Assembly (NCBI GenBank): GCA_043819795.1
Contig: JBDREN010000051.1
Span: 1 to 10,658 of the forward strand
Source of the DNA: Elusimicrobiota bacterium
Lineage (GTDB): Bacteria; Elusimicrobiota; Elusimicrobia; UBA1565
DNA length: 10,658 nt
Direction: 5' to 3'
Shown here: positions 1-7,800 of the stretch, one piece after another
Position numbering within the stretch: the stretch's first letter is position 1
Layout of the letters: each line of letters opens with the position of its first letter
Made by a program: the position numbers and the translations under genes
Notes under the pieces: model-generated
The model's database searches: none
The model's input: only the letters and a program-made list of their open reading frames with translations
Told to the model about the DNA's origin: nothing

Positions 1-670
1 GGCAGGCCGCCGCGAGCCCGGCCACGCAGCCGAGCATCGCCCCGCGCGTATTGCTCATGAGCATCGCCAGGCCCGCGAGCGCGAGGACAGCCGCCGCGCC
101 GGCGCGGCAGGCCTTGCGGGGCCAGCCGTCGGGAGGGACGAGCAGGAAGGAGAAGGCGCCGAGGACCGCGACCGCCATCTGCTCGCCGAAGGTGACCGGA
201 TGCACGAAGGCGTGGGCGCGGGTCATGTCCCACGCGTTCATCGTGGAGCCGGCCGTTATCGAAGGAAACGCCTGCACGATGCCGACGATCGCGGCGAAGG
301 AGAATCCCGCCGCCATGCAGACGATCGCCTTGGGCGCGGGCTCCGCGGCCAGCGCCACCGTGAAGAGAAGATAGAGCCAGACCTTGTGCGCGTCTTGATG
401 GAGGAAGCGCGCGCTGTGCAGGGGCGCGACCCCGAGAAGCGCGGTCAGGACCGAGACGGCCAAAAAAGCCCACAGGGGCTTCTCGGTCGCGCTCCGGCGC
501 GCTTTCAGGGGCAGCCGGCCCCCGGACCAAGCGTAGGCCAGCAGGCAGGCGAGCAGGACTCCCCAGGCGATGTTGGCGCCGGCGATCGTGAACGGGACTA
601 GCAGGCAGAACAGGCACAGCGAAAGCCCGACGCCCTGAAGGGACCGCTGGCGCAGCTCTTCCACGGTCAT
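1..670 (-). CDS. O-antigen ligase/polymerase (WaaL/Wzy_C) family membrane protein, truncated by the window edge
   Basis: Hand translation from ATG at 670 (GGAGG upstream, 4 nt after the previous stop) is open to the edge: MTVEELRQRSLQGVGLSLCLFCLLVPFTIAGANIAWGVLLACLL...RAHAFVHPVTFGEQMAV...AMLMSNTRGAMLG. It has several hydrophobic helices, R-A-x-x-F-x-H-P-x-x-F-G and S-x-T-R-G-A motifs typical of this family, and lies directly after a flippase. Confidence 0.8.
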   Translation of the reverse strand, partial: MTVEELRQRSLQGVGLSLCLFCLLVPFTIAGANIAWGVLLACLLAYAWSGGRLPLKARRSATEKPLWAFLAVSVLTALLGVAPLHSARFLHQDAHKVWLYLLFTVALAAEPAPKAIVCMAAGFSFAAIVGIVQAFPSITAGSTMNAWDMTRAHAFVHPVTFGEQMAVAVLGAFSFLLVPPDGWPRKACRAGAAAVLALAGLAMLMSNTRGAMLGCVAGLAAAC

Positions 671-674
671 CGCT

Positions 675-3074
675 CTAGGCCGCCTCCAGTTTCGGGTAGT
701 GGATCGCGTACCAAGCCAGCCCCGCCCCGTAGCCGAGGCATAAGGACAGGGCGGCGCCGGTCAGACCCCAGGCGGGTGTCAGCAGAAGGTTGAAGCCCAG
801 GTTGCCGAGCCCGGCGGCGAGCATCCCGCCCGCGGACACGGAGAGGCCCCCGAGGTCCCTGGCCGCGAACAAGGCGGCCATGACCCCGTGCAGAAGGACG
901 AGCGCCGCGGCGACAGCAAAGAGGGCCAGCCAGTCCGGGCGGATGGGATAGGACCGGCCCAGCAGCGAGAGAGCCAGCCAGGCGCCCAGGGCGAACAGGG
1001 CCGCGAGCAGCAGCCCCGCCGCGGGCCTGAATCCGCGCAGGGCGGACCACGCCTCCCGCTGCCCCTGCTCCCGGCTGGCGAGGGGGACGAGCACCGCGAG
1101 GATCATGTTGACGAAGGCCAGCGCGACCTGGACCGTGGCCGTGAAGTAGGCGGAGTAGATTCCCGCCGCGCGGGCCGAGTCGAGGTGGAAGACGACGATG
1201 CGCCCCGGCGCCTGGATGAGGGCCATCGCCAGGATGTGGACGGTCCCCAGGAAGGCGAAGGGTAGGACGTCGCGGAGCACTTTCGGGTCGATGGTCAGGC
1301 GGATGTAGGGCCGGATCCGCCAGAAGCCGTACGCAGCGGCGAGAGCGAGGCCGGCCAGGTAGCTGCCGATGAGCGCCTGGTAGGTCGCATGGCCCCTGGC
1401 GAGGAACCCCGCCAGGAACGCGAGGGCCAAAAGGCCGTAGAGGGCCTCCACGATCCCGCGCTCCCGGAACCGGGTGAGCCCCTGCAGCGAGCCCCCTGCC
1501 ACCAGGTGCAGCGACGTCAGGAAGGCCAGGGCCGCGCAGAGCGTCCACGCTTCCCGGCTCAGGGCGGACGCGGCCGCGAGCTCCGGCGAGAGCCAGCTCA
1601 GCAGCCCGAGCGAAGCGGCGGCCCATATGAGGAATACGAGCAGCGTGGTGGAGACGATCCGGCCGCGCTCGGCTTCTCCCTCGGCCGAGGCCCCGAACCG
1701 TGACAGGGCCAGCGGGAACCCGATCATCGGCAGGATCTGGACCACGGCGGCCATGGCGATGACGAGGTGCGCCTGGCCGTATTCGTCCGGTCCGAGGAAT
1801 CGGGCCGCGAGGAACTGGGCGAGGAAAGTCGAGACCCGGGCGAGCACGAAGAACGCCGCGATCCACGAGAAGCCCCTTAGAAAACTTTCGCCCGTCTCGG
1901 GAAGCCACCGGCGCCGGACGGGGCGTTTTTCCGCGGCCGGGGGCTTGGCGTGAAGCGCTTCGCGGAGGGCGTTCTCCAGCCTGCGGACCTGCCGGGGCGT
2001 GGTGTGGAGCCGGGCCGCCTCGATCCGGCGCGCGGCGTCCTCCGAGGTATCGGTCCCATGGAGGTCCCGCGCGATGCGGACGAACTCGGCCGGGGAACGG
2101 GCGATGTGGACGAGGTCCCGGAACTCCTCCATGGAGGGGAGGGCGGAGCATAGCACGGGCTTGCCGGTGGCCAGGCATTCGTAGAGCTTCGCGGGGACCA
2201 CGCCTTTGTTGTACTCGGACCGGACGTACGGAAGCAGGAGGGCGTCGAAACCGGCGAGGGCCCGGGGCAGGGCGTCGTGCGCGAGGGGGGGGCGCAGCCG
2301 CACCGAGTCCGGCAGCGGAGGAGGGGTCTCCTTGACCGGGCCGATCAGCGTGACCTCGAAGCCGGCCTTGGCCAGGGCGCGGATCGGCGCGTAGTCCACT
2401 GCGTGCCACAGCGTGCCGAAGTAGCAGAGCTTCCGGCAAGGTCCGTCCCGGCGGTCATGGCCGATGAAAAACGCGTCCGAGACGCCGTGATGGAGCCGGA
2501 GGACGCGCGGGTGCCGGCGGGTCTTGTCTTCGTAGAGATAGCGCGAGGTGGTGAGCACTAGGTCCGAGCGCGCGATGAGCTCGGTTTCCGTGGCGGCGAG
2601 GTCGCGGGGCGGGGACGGATGCCCGGCGAAGTTGTCCACGCAGTCGTAGACGACGAGCCGGGGGGACAGGTCGTCGATGATCTGCAGGGTCGTGGCCGTG
2701 GGCAGGTAGGCGAAGACGATCGGGTCGAGGCGCAGGCCCCGGCGCCGGAGGCGTCCCAAAAGGAGGGACACGAAGTAGACGGCGTTCAGGGCGCGGAAAA
2801 GCCCGTTGGTGGGGGGAAGCACGAGCGGCCCGAGCACGCGGCGTCCTTTCTTGCGCCGCCCCGGAGAAAACAGGCCGGCGAGGCGCCGGAGCACCCGGGA
2901 GAGGTCGGCGGGTCGCGGGCCGCGGAAGCCGGTGTTCTCGACGAAGAACACCTCCGCGCCCTCCTCGGAGAAGGCGGCGGCGAGCGCCTGGTGGTGCTGC
3001 CACGTCGCCCCCCAGTCCACGCTGGAAAGGATCAGGACCTGCTTGCCGGCGAAAAAAGAAGGCTTCGCGGACAC
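675..3074 (-). CDS. Fusion of an N-terminal GT-B glycosyltransferase (TuaH-like/GT4-like) and a C-terminal Wzx-type polysaccharide flippase
   Basis: Single uninterrupted frame. The N half has LSSVDW...HQALA, VVYDCVDNF, YFGTL and PAKLYECLATGKPV (variant of PxKxxEYLAxGKPV). After the linker KPPAAEKRPVRRRW, the C half (~400 aa) starts FLRGFSW...FLAQFLAARFLGPDEYG, a typical Wzx/MOP N-terminus, followed by many hydrophobic segments. The start was moved to GTG 3074 (TTG 3080 is an alternative) because the track's start at 3197 overlaps the upstream gene. Confidence 0.8.
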   Translation of the reverse strand: MSAKPSFFAGKQVLILSSVDWGATWQHHQALAAAFSEEGAEVFFVENTGFRGPRPADLSRVLRRLAGLFSPGRRKKGRRVLGPLVLPPTNGLFRALNAVYFVSLLLGRLRRRGLRLDPIVFAYLPTATTLQIIDDLSPRLVVYDCVDNFAGHPSPPRDLAATETELIARSDLVLTTSRYLYEDKTRRHPRVLRLHHGVSDAFFIGHDRRDGPCRKLCYFGTLWHAVDYAPIRALAKAGFEVTLIGPVKETPPPLPDSVRLRPPLAHDALPRALAGFDALLLPYVRSEYNKGVVPAKLYECLATGKPVLCSALPSMEEFRDLVHIARSPAEFVRIARDLHGTDTSEDAARRIEAARLHTTPRQVRRLENALREALHAKPPAAEKRPVRRRWLPETGESFLRGFSWIAAFFVLARVSTFLAQFLAARFLGPDEYGQAHLVIAMAAVVQILPMIGFPLALSRFGASAEGEAERGRIVSTTLLVFLIWAAASLGLLSWLSPELAAASALSREAWTLCAALAFLTSLHLVAGGSLQGLTRFRERGIVEALYGLLALAFLAGFLARGHATYQALIGSYLAGLALAAAYGFWRIRPYIRLTIDPKVLRDVLPFAFLGTVHILAMALIQAPGRIVVFHLDSARAAGIYSAYFTATVQVALAFVNMILAVLVPLASREQGQREAWSALRGFRPAAGLLLAALFALGAWLALSLLGRSYPIRPDWLALFAVAAALVLLHGVMAALFAARDLGGLSVSAGGMLAAGLGNLGFNLLLTPAWGLTGAALSLCLGYGAGLAWYAIHYPKLEAA

Positions 3075-3079
3075 GGCCA

Positions 3080-3088
3080 ATTCTACCA
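3080..3088 (-). promoter_or_regulatory. Putative extended -10 element (TGgTAGAAT), 5 nt upstream of the GTG start
   Basis: Minus strand reads TAAttcTGgTAGAATtggccGTG, an AT-rich patch in a 17-bp intergenic gap. No Shine-Dalgarno and no -35 were seen. Confidence 0.4.
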
Positions 3089-3091
3089 GAA

Positions 3092-3862
3092 TTAGGCGGC
3101 GGGGTCGCGGTGGCGGAAGCGGAACCAGTCCCAGTGGCCAAAGACCTTGAGCGCGAGGTCCGGCGCCGTATCCCAGGCCGTGACCTCGGTCCTGCACAGG
3201 AGCAGGGGGTCGCGCTCCAGCCGGTTGAGGCCGTAGCGGCTGCAGCCGCCCAGAAGGTAGCCGGCCGCCTGGGCGGCGTCGCGGACCCGCCGGTCCACGG
3301 CTCCGAAGGGGTAGGAGAGGGCGTTGACCTGCTTGCCGACGACGTCCTCGAGGCGGCCTCGGCTGACCTCCAGCTCCCGCCGGAGCGCGGCGTCATCCAG
3401 CCGGTCGAGGGGGACATGGGTGAGGCCGTGGGCGCCGATCGCGACGCCCGGCAGGGCGGCCAGCTCCCGCAGATCCGCCGGGGTCAGGTACATGCCCGAG
3501 GAGTCGTCGAGGTTGGCGGCGCTCACGAATACGGTGAACGGGAAGCCCTTCACGGTCAGGACCGGCGCGGCCTCCGTGAGGACGGCCTTGTAGCCGTCGT
3601 CGAAGCTCAGCGCGAGCGTCCGGCCGCTCTCCGGCGGGACGCCGAACGGGGCGGGCTTCCACTCGCCGCGGACGGAATCCAGCCATTCGACGTGGGCCCG
3701 GAAGAGGCCGCGGGCGATGCCGGTCCCGCAAGGGTCTTCGGGCAGGGGGACGCCGACCGCGTGATAGAGCAGGACGCGCTGGCCGTCCGCCGCCGGCCGG
3801 CGGCCCAGGACCGCGGCGTGCAGGCGGGAGATCGCCCGGTAGGCGGAATGCTTGGCCGTCAC
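3092..3862 (-). CDS. Polysaccharide deacetylase (CE4/NodB homology, IcaB/PgaB-like)
   Basis: C-terminal 256 aa of track ORF 3092..4738: VLLYHAVG, LSFDDGY (motif 1), FTVFV, GAHGLTH (HxxxH metal ligands), LSYPFG (motif 3). GTG at 3862 overlaps the upstream TGA (GTGA). Confidence 0.9.
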   Translation of the reverse strand: MTAKHSAYRAISRLHAAVLGRRPAADGQRVLLYHAVGVPLPEDPCGTGIARGLFRAHVEWLDSVRGEWKPAPFGVPPESGRTLALSFDDGYKAVLTEAAPVLTVKGFPFTVFVSAANLDDSSGMYLTPADLRELAALPGVAIGAHGLTHVPLDRLDDAALRRELEVSRGRLEDVVGKQVNALSYPFGAVDRRVRDAAQAAGYLLGGCSRYGLNRLERDPLLLCRTEVTAWDTAPDLALKVFGHWDWFRFRHRDPAA

Positions 3863-4860
3863 GCGAGGCCGATGCCTCCGGAGAGCAGGCGGATGCCGAG
3901 GTCTCCCAGCGGACGCAGAGGCCAGGGGCTGGCCCAATGCCATTCTCCCGCGTACCGCACGTCCCGGGCCCCGGTCCCGCGCTTGAAATCGTAGACCCCT
4001 CGCGCCGCGTCGGGGTCCGCGCCTCCGAGGTCGTAAGAGCGGACGCCGCGCGTCCGGCATTCCTCGATCAGGGCCCAGAAGGCCGCATAGGAAGCGTAGC
4101 AGCGGCGGCCCGCCGGGGTGGTGGCCGCCATGATGTCCCAGGCCTTCTTCCCCTGGACGGCACATCCGCGTAACGCGAGAGCCGCTCCGCCCTCGTCGTC
4201 CGCCCGGAAGAGGATGACGGAGCCTCCGAGATGCTCCAGCAGGGAGGCCAGGTTGCCGTCCCGGTGGGGCGCGATCCCTTTGTACGTTTCCATGGACCGG
4301 TAGAGGCCGAGGACCGCTTCGGGGTCCGGCTTCTCCCATCGGCGGACCGCGCGGCAGCGCCGCCCGGCCCGCTTGAGGTTGTGGCGCCAGTTCCCGGACA
4401 ATCCCCGGCGCAGGGCGTCCGCGCCCGCGCCGAGGTCCAGGCGCATGGTGGCGTGCCGGTCCAGCGGCCATACGGGACGCGACCACCCTTTGGAGCGCAT
4501 GAGCTCCCTCAGCGCCGGCTCGTCGGGGCGATAGGGGCAAAGGCGCAGATAGCCGGTCGTCCTCCCCGCCGCTCGCAGCAGAGCCCCGCGCATCTTTTCG
4601 TCCCAGAGAGAGGGCTCTCCGACGGGTCCGCCGCGGCACCAGAAGACCGCGGCGCCCGCGCGCGAGGTCTTGACCAGGGCCTGCAGCACGGCGCGCGGGC
4701 GGCCCCCTTCCGATTCGAGCGCGCGTACGGGCCGCCATCCCGATGTGGCCTTGTGACGGGCCCAGGCCTCCGATTGGAATACCGAATAGTCCGGCAGGCT
4801 CTCGAGCGCCTCGTCCCAGGCCCCGGGCGGCCGATCCTCGCCGAACGCGCGCCAGCTCAC
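3859..4860 (-). CDS. FemABX-like / GNAT-fold (amino)acyltransferase
   Basis: N-terminal W-D...S-V-F-Q-S-x-x-W-A-x-x-K...G-W, then RGGPV, TMRLDL...LSGNWRHNLKRA, and C-terminal YDLGGADP...GVYDFKRGTG, all characteristic of FemX/FemAB-family proteins. The GTG start overlaps the GT2 stop (GTGA). Confidence 0.8.
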   Translation of the reverse strand: MSWRAFGEDRPPGAWDEALESLPDYSVFQSEAWARHKATSGWRPVRALESEGGRPRAVLQALVKTSRAGAAVFWCRGGPVGEPSLWDEKMRGALLRAAGRTTGYLRLCPYRPDEPALRELMRSKGWSRPVWPLDRHATMRLDLGAGADALRRGLSGNWRHNLKRAGRRCRAVRRWEKPDPEAVLGLYRSMETYKGIAPHRDGNLASLLEHLGGSVILFRADDEGGAALALRGCAVQGKKAWDIMAATTPAGRRCYASYAAFWALIEECRTRGVRSYDLGGADPDAARGVYDFKRGTGARDVRYAGEWHWASPWPLRPLGDLGIRLLSGGIGLA

Positions 4861-5768
4861 CGCCTCAGCCGTCGCAGGGCCCAGAGCAGGGCGCGGGCGA
4901 TGTTCTTCGGGTCGAAGGGGAAGGCCCTCAGCATGCGCGCCAGGTATTCCCGCTGAGCTTGCGGCTCCTCGTCGTAGGTGTAGAGCTGGCCCAGGGCCGA
5001 GCGGTAGGCGGCGGCGAGGCGCCGCCGCATGCGGAGGCGCGCCGTCCAGCCGGGGGCGTCGCCGTAGAGGCTTTTGAAGTGGTCGCGCAGCAGGTGCTCC
5101 AGGTTGGTGTGGTGGTAGATGATGCGGCGGCAGGCCCCGCGCTCGTCGTAGTTGTAGTCCCCGAGCACGCGCGCGATGAAGCGCATGCGGCAGGCCTTGG
5201 CCAGTCGCATCCAGATGTCGTAGTCCTCGACCGTGTTGAACTCCTTGTTCTCCCGGAACCCGCCGACCTCCTCGAGCTTGGCCTTTCGCACGGTCACGCA
5301 GGAGGGGGAGAGCGCGTTGCCCTCGAAGAGCAGGCGTTCGTACATGCCCTCGCGCCAGGGTCCGTTGCGGTGCACGCGGGTGAGCTTCCCGTTCTCGTAG
5401 ACGTTCTCGTCGTGGCAGACCAGGTGGGACTCGGGATGAGCCTCGAGCTCGGCCATGCTCGCGGCGAGCTTCTCCGGATGCCAGGCGTCGTCGTGATCGA
5501 GGAAAGAGACGTACTCCGCCCGCGCGGCGCGCCAGCCGGCGTTGCGCGCGCCGGCGATCCCCTTGTTGGCCTGCCGGATGCAGCGCCCGGGGATCTTCTC
5601 GCGCTCGAGCCAGCGGTCCACGACCGCCTTGGTGTCGTCGGCGGAGCCGTCGTCCACCACGACCACCTCGAGGTCGCGGTAGCTTTGGGCCGCGACGGTG
5701 CCGAGGGTCTTGTCGATGAAGGAGGCCGCGTTGTAGGCGGGGATGACGACGGATACTTTGGGCGGCAA
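4857..5768 (-). CDS. Family 2 (GT-A) glycosyltransferase
   Basis: PKVSVVIPAYNA, VVVVDDGSADDT, NKGIAGARNAG, FLDHDD (DxD), EDYDIW. Start set at TTG 5768, which has AGGAG 6 nt upstream; the track's longer start overlaps kdsD. Confidence 0.92.
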   Translation of the reverse strand: MPPKVSVVIPAYNAASFIDKTLGTVAAQSYRDLEVVVVDDGSADDTKAVVDRWLEREKIPGRCIRQANKGIAGARNAGWRAARAEYVSFLDHDDAWHPEKLAASMAELEAHPESHLVCHDENVYENGKLTRVHRNGPWREGMYERLLFEGNALSPSCVTVRKAKLEEVGGFRENKEFNTVEDYDIWMRLAKACRMRFIARVLGDYNYDERGACRRIIYHHTNLEHLLRDHFKSLYGDAPGWTARLRMRRRLAAAYRSALGQLYTYDEEPQAQREYLARMLRAFPFDPKNIARALLWALRRLRR

Positions 5769-5797
5769 CGCGTTCTCCTGAGGCCGCCGGGGAGCGC

Positions 5798-6787
5798 TCA
5801 AAGACCCTGGGCCCTGATGTCGTGGATCTGGATCATGCCCACGGCCCGGCCCTTGCGGTCCACCACCGGCAGGACGTTGAAAGGTTCGGCGCGGTCGTCC
5901 ATGATCTCCACGGCCTCGGCGGCCAGGCGTCCCGTCTCGATGGCCGTGGGCTTGGCGTTCATGATCTCCCGGACCGGCAGGCGTCTGATGTCGCGTCCCG
6001 CCTTGAGCATCTTCCGGATGTCGTAGTCGGTCACGAGGCCGACGAGGCGCCCCCGCCGGTCCACGACCGAGACGGCTCCGGCCTTCTTGCGGGTGATCTC
6101 GAGCAGCATGTCCGCGGCGGAGGCGCTCGCCGGGATGACCGGGTTCTCCGGGCCCGAGCGCATAACGTCCTCGACCCGGAGCGTCAGCCTCTTGCCGAGC
6201 TGGCCTCCCGGATGCAGGCGGGCGAAATGCTCCCTGCGGAAGCCGCGCATCCGCATGAGCGTCACGGCCAGCGCGTCGCCGACCGCGATGGCGGCCGTCG
6301 TGCTGCACGTGGGCGCAAGGTTGAGCGGGCAGGCCTCCGCGCGGACGGGAGTCACCAGCACCACGTGGGCGTTCTTCGCGAGCGTCGAGCGGGGGGCGGC
6401 GGTGATCGCGACCATCTTGACGCCGATCTTCTTCAGAGTCGGGAAGATGCCGTTGAGCTCGATGGATTCGCCGGATTTGCCGATCGCGATGACCAGGTCC
6501 TTCTTCTCCACGAGGCCCAGGTCCCCGTGCATGCCCTCGGCCGGGTTCATGTAGAGCGCGGGCGTCCCGGTCGATGCCAGCGTGGCCGCGATCTTCTGGG
6601 CGACGATGCCGGATTTCCCCATGCCCGTGACGATGACTTTGCCGCGGCAGCGGGCCAGGAGGCGGACGGCGCGCACGTAGGCGTCGTCGACGGCGCCCAG
6701 GACGCCTTGCAGGGTGTCCGCCTCCAGCCGGATGACCTTGCGGATCGCCCTGAGGATGGCTGCGGATTTGGTCCCGCGATCGGGCAT
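5798..6787 (-). CDS. kdsD: KpsF/GutQ/KdsD arabinose-5-phosphate isomerase (SIS domain plus two CBS domains)
   Basis: GKVIVTGMGKSGIVAQKIAATLASTGTP, EGMHGDLG, EACPLNLAPTCSTT, FARLHPGGQLG, and a C-terminal CBS pair (LVGLVTDYDIR, VGMIQIHDI). Confidence 0.93.
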   Translation of the reverse strand: MPDRGTKSAAILRAIRKVIRLEADTLQGVLGAVDDAYVRAVRLLARCRGKVIVTGMGKSGIVAQKIAATLASTGTPALYMNPAEGMHGDLGLVEKKDLVIAIGKSGESIELNGIFPTLKKIGVKMVAITAAPRSTLAKNAHVVLVTPVRAEACPLNLAPTCSTTAAIAVGDALAVTLMRMRGFRREHFARLHPGGQLGKRLTLRVEDVMRSGPENPVIPASASAADMLLEITRKKAGAVSVVDRRGRLVGLVTDYDIRKMLKAGRDIRRLPVREIMNAKPTAIETGRLAAEAVEIMDDRAEPFNVLPVVDRKGRAVGMIQIHDIRAQGL

Positions 6788-6796
6788 GGCGCTAGG

Positions 6797-6802
6797 ATTC
6801 TA
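6797..6802 (-). promoter_or_regulatory. Putative -10 element (TAGAAT), 9 nt upstream of the kdsD ATG
   Basis: Minus strand reads gattttgTAGAATcctagcgccATG in a 24-bp intergenic gap with no Shine-Dalgarno. Confidence 0.4.
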
Positions 6803-6811
6803 CAAAATCGG

Positions 6812-7708
6812 CTAAAGTCCGATACCCATCGACGCCTTCATCGCCCGGAGTCCCTCCGCGAGGCTCACGGCCGGCACGCCGAGCTCGCGCTCCATGCGGG
6901 CCGTCACGAAGGTCGTGTCCTTGGGCCGCGGGGCGATGTTGCGGAAGTGGGAGCTGTCCACCGGGTCGATGAGCGAGGCGTCGAGCCCGAAGACTTCGGC
7001 GACCTTCCTGCCGAGCTCGTGACGGTTCACCCGGTCCGCGCCGGCCAGATGAAAGATCCCCGACGGGCGCTTGCGCAGGGCGGCCCACAGGGCCTCTCCG
7101 CACTGATGGTTGTAGAGGGGGTTCTCATAGACGTCGTCCACCAGGACGATCTTTTCGTCGCGCAGGAGCCGCTCGTAGACCCACGTGACGGGGTTCGGCC
7201 GGTTCACTGAGTGGTTCCAGCCGTACATCAGGATGGGGCGGACCACGCAGTGCGCCCCCGCCTCCTCGGCGACGGCCCGCTCGCACGCGAGCTTGACCCG
7301 CCCGTACTCGTGGATCGGATTGGTCGGGGCGTCCTCCGCGTAGGGCGCGGACTCCCCGTCGAACACGGCGTTCGTGGAGACGTAGACCAGGTAGGCCCCG
7401 CGGCGCTTGGCCGCGCGCGCGATGTTCCTCGTTCCCTGCAGGTTCGAGGCCCGGCCCTCCTCGGGATGCCGCTCCACGCTGTCCACCGAGGCGATCCCGG
7501 CCGCGTGGACCACCGCGTCGAAGCGTCCCCGGTCGAAGATGGCGTCCACGGACGCCTGGTCGCGGACGTCGAGCTTGATGTGCTGCACCCGGGAGTCCAC
7601 GATCGGGTAGTCCCGCAGGTGGACGCCGATGATCTCGTCCGAGGCGTCGGACGTCTCCTCAAGGCCCTTGGCGAGCAGGCCCGTGCTCCCCGTCACCAAT
7701 ACGCGCAT
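6812..7708 (-). CDS. RmlD-like NAD(P)-dependent SDR (dTDP-4-dehydrorhamnose reductase family)
   Basis: From ATG 7708: MRVLVTGSTGLLA (Rossmann), VVHAAG, YVSTNAVFDG, PYAEDAPTNPIHEYGRVK (YxxxK), GIFHLAG, APRPKDT; 298 aa. The track's N-terminal extension is antisense to the methyltransferase gene. Confidence 0.85.
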   Translation of the reverse strand: MRVLVTGSTGLLAKGLEETSDASDEIIGVHLRDYPIVDSRVQHIKLDVRDQASVDAIFDRGRFDAVVHAAGIASVDSVERHPEEGRASNLQGTRNIARAAKRRGAYLVYVSTNAVFDGESAPYAEDAPTNPIHEYGRVKLACERAVAEEAGAHCVVRPILMYGWNHSVNRPNPVTWVYERLLRDEKIVLVDDVYENPLYNHQCGEALWAALRKRPSGIFHLAGADRVNRHELGRKVAEVFGLDASLIDPVDSSHFRNIAPRPKDTTFVTARMERELGVPAVSLAEGLRAMKASMGIGL

Positions 7709-7716
7709 GGAAGTGG

Positions 7717-7738
7717 ATCTCCCGACCGACGGGAGGAT
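7717..7738 (-). promoter_or_regulatory. 5'-UTR hairpin overlapping the GGGAG ribosome-binding site of the rmlD-like gene
   Basis: Perfect inverted repeat CTCCCG (7719-7724) / CGGGAG (7730-7735) with a 5-nt loop, extendable with one bulge. On the minus strand the 3' arm contains GGGAG 10 nt before ATG 7708. Confidence 0.45.
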
Positions 7739-7745
7739 GGCGAGC

Positions 7746-7774
7746 ATTGTATCAGACTCGGCCGGGACGGACAA
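7746..7774 (-). promoter_or_regulatory. Sigma70-type promoter for the minus arm: TTGTCC-N17-TACAAT with extended -10 TG
   Basis: Plus-strand ggacaa (7769-7774) and attgta (7746-7751) give minus-strand TTGTCC and TACAAT with exactly 17 nt spacing; TGa directly precedes the -10. Confidence 0.65.
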
Positions 7775-7800
7775 GGAAGCGGCTCGCGGGGATAAACTAG

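Noticed and set aside
667..2439. 590-aa minus-strand ORF whose TGA overlaps the ligase ATG (ATGA)
   Set aside because: R/P/G/A-rich with no motifs and lying in an alternate frame of the well-supported GT-Wzx gene; typical high-GC shadow ORF, and the overlap is probably chance.
3863..4738. N-terminal extension making the deacetylase a 548-aa protein
   Set aside because: It is an alternate frame over the FemABX-like gene; the GTGA overlap at 3859-3862 gives a natural start.
5769..6308. N-terminal extension of GT2, suggesting a KdsD-GT fusion or frameshift
   Set aside because: Low-complexity alternate frame over kdsD; kdsD ends normally and GT2 has its own AGGAG plus TTG start.
4743..7210. Long plus-strand ORFs of 427 and 462 aa
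   Set aside because: Antisense mirrors of the GT2, kdsD and rmlD-like genes caused by GC3 bias; no recognisable motifs.
7717..7738. Hairpin read as an intrinsic terminator
   Set aside because: No U-tract on either side, and it lies between divergent starts rather than after a stop codon.
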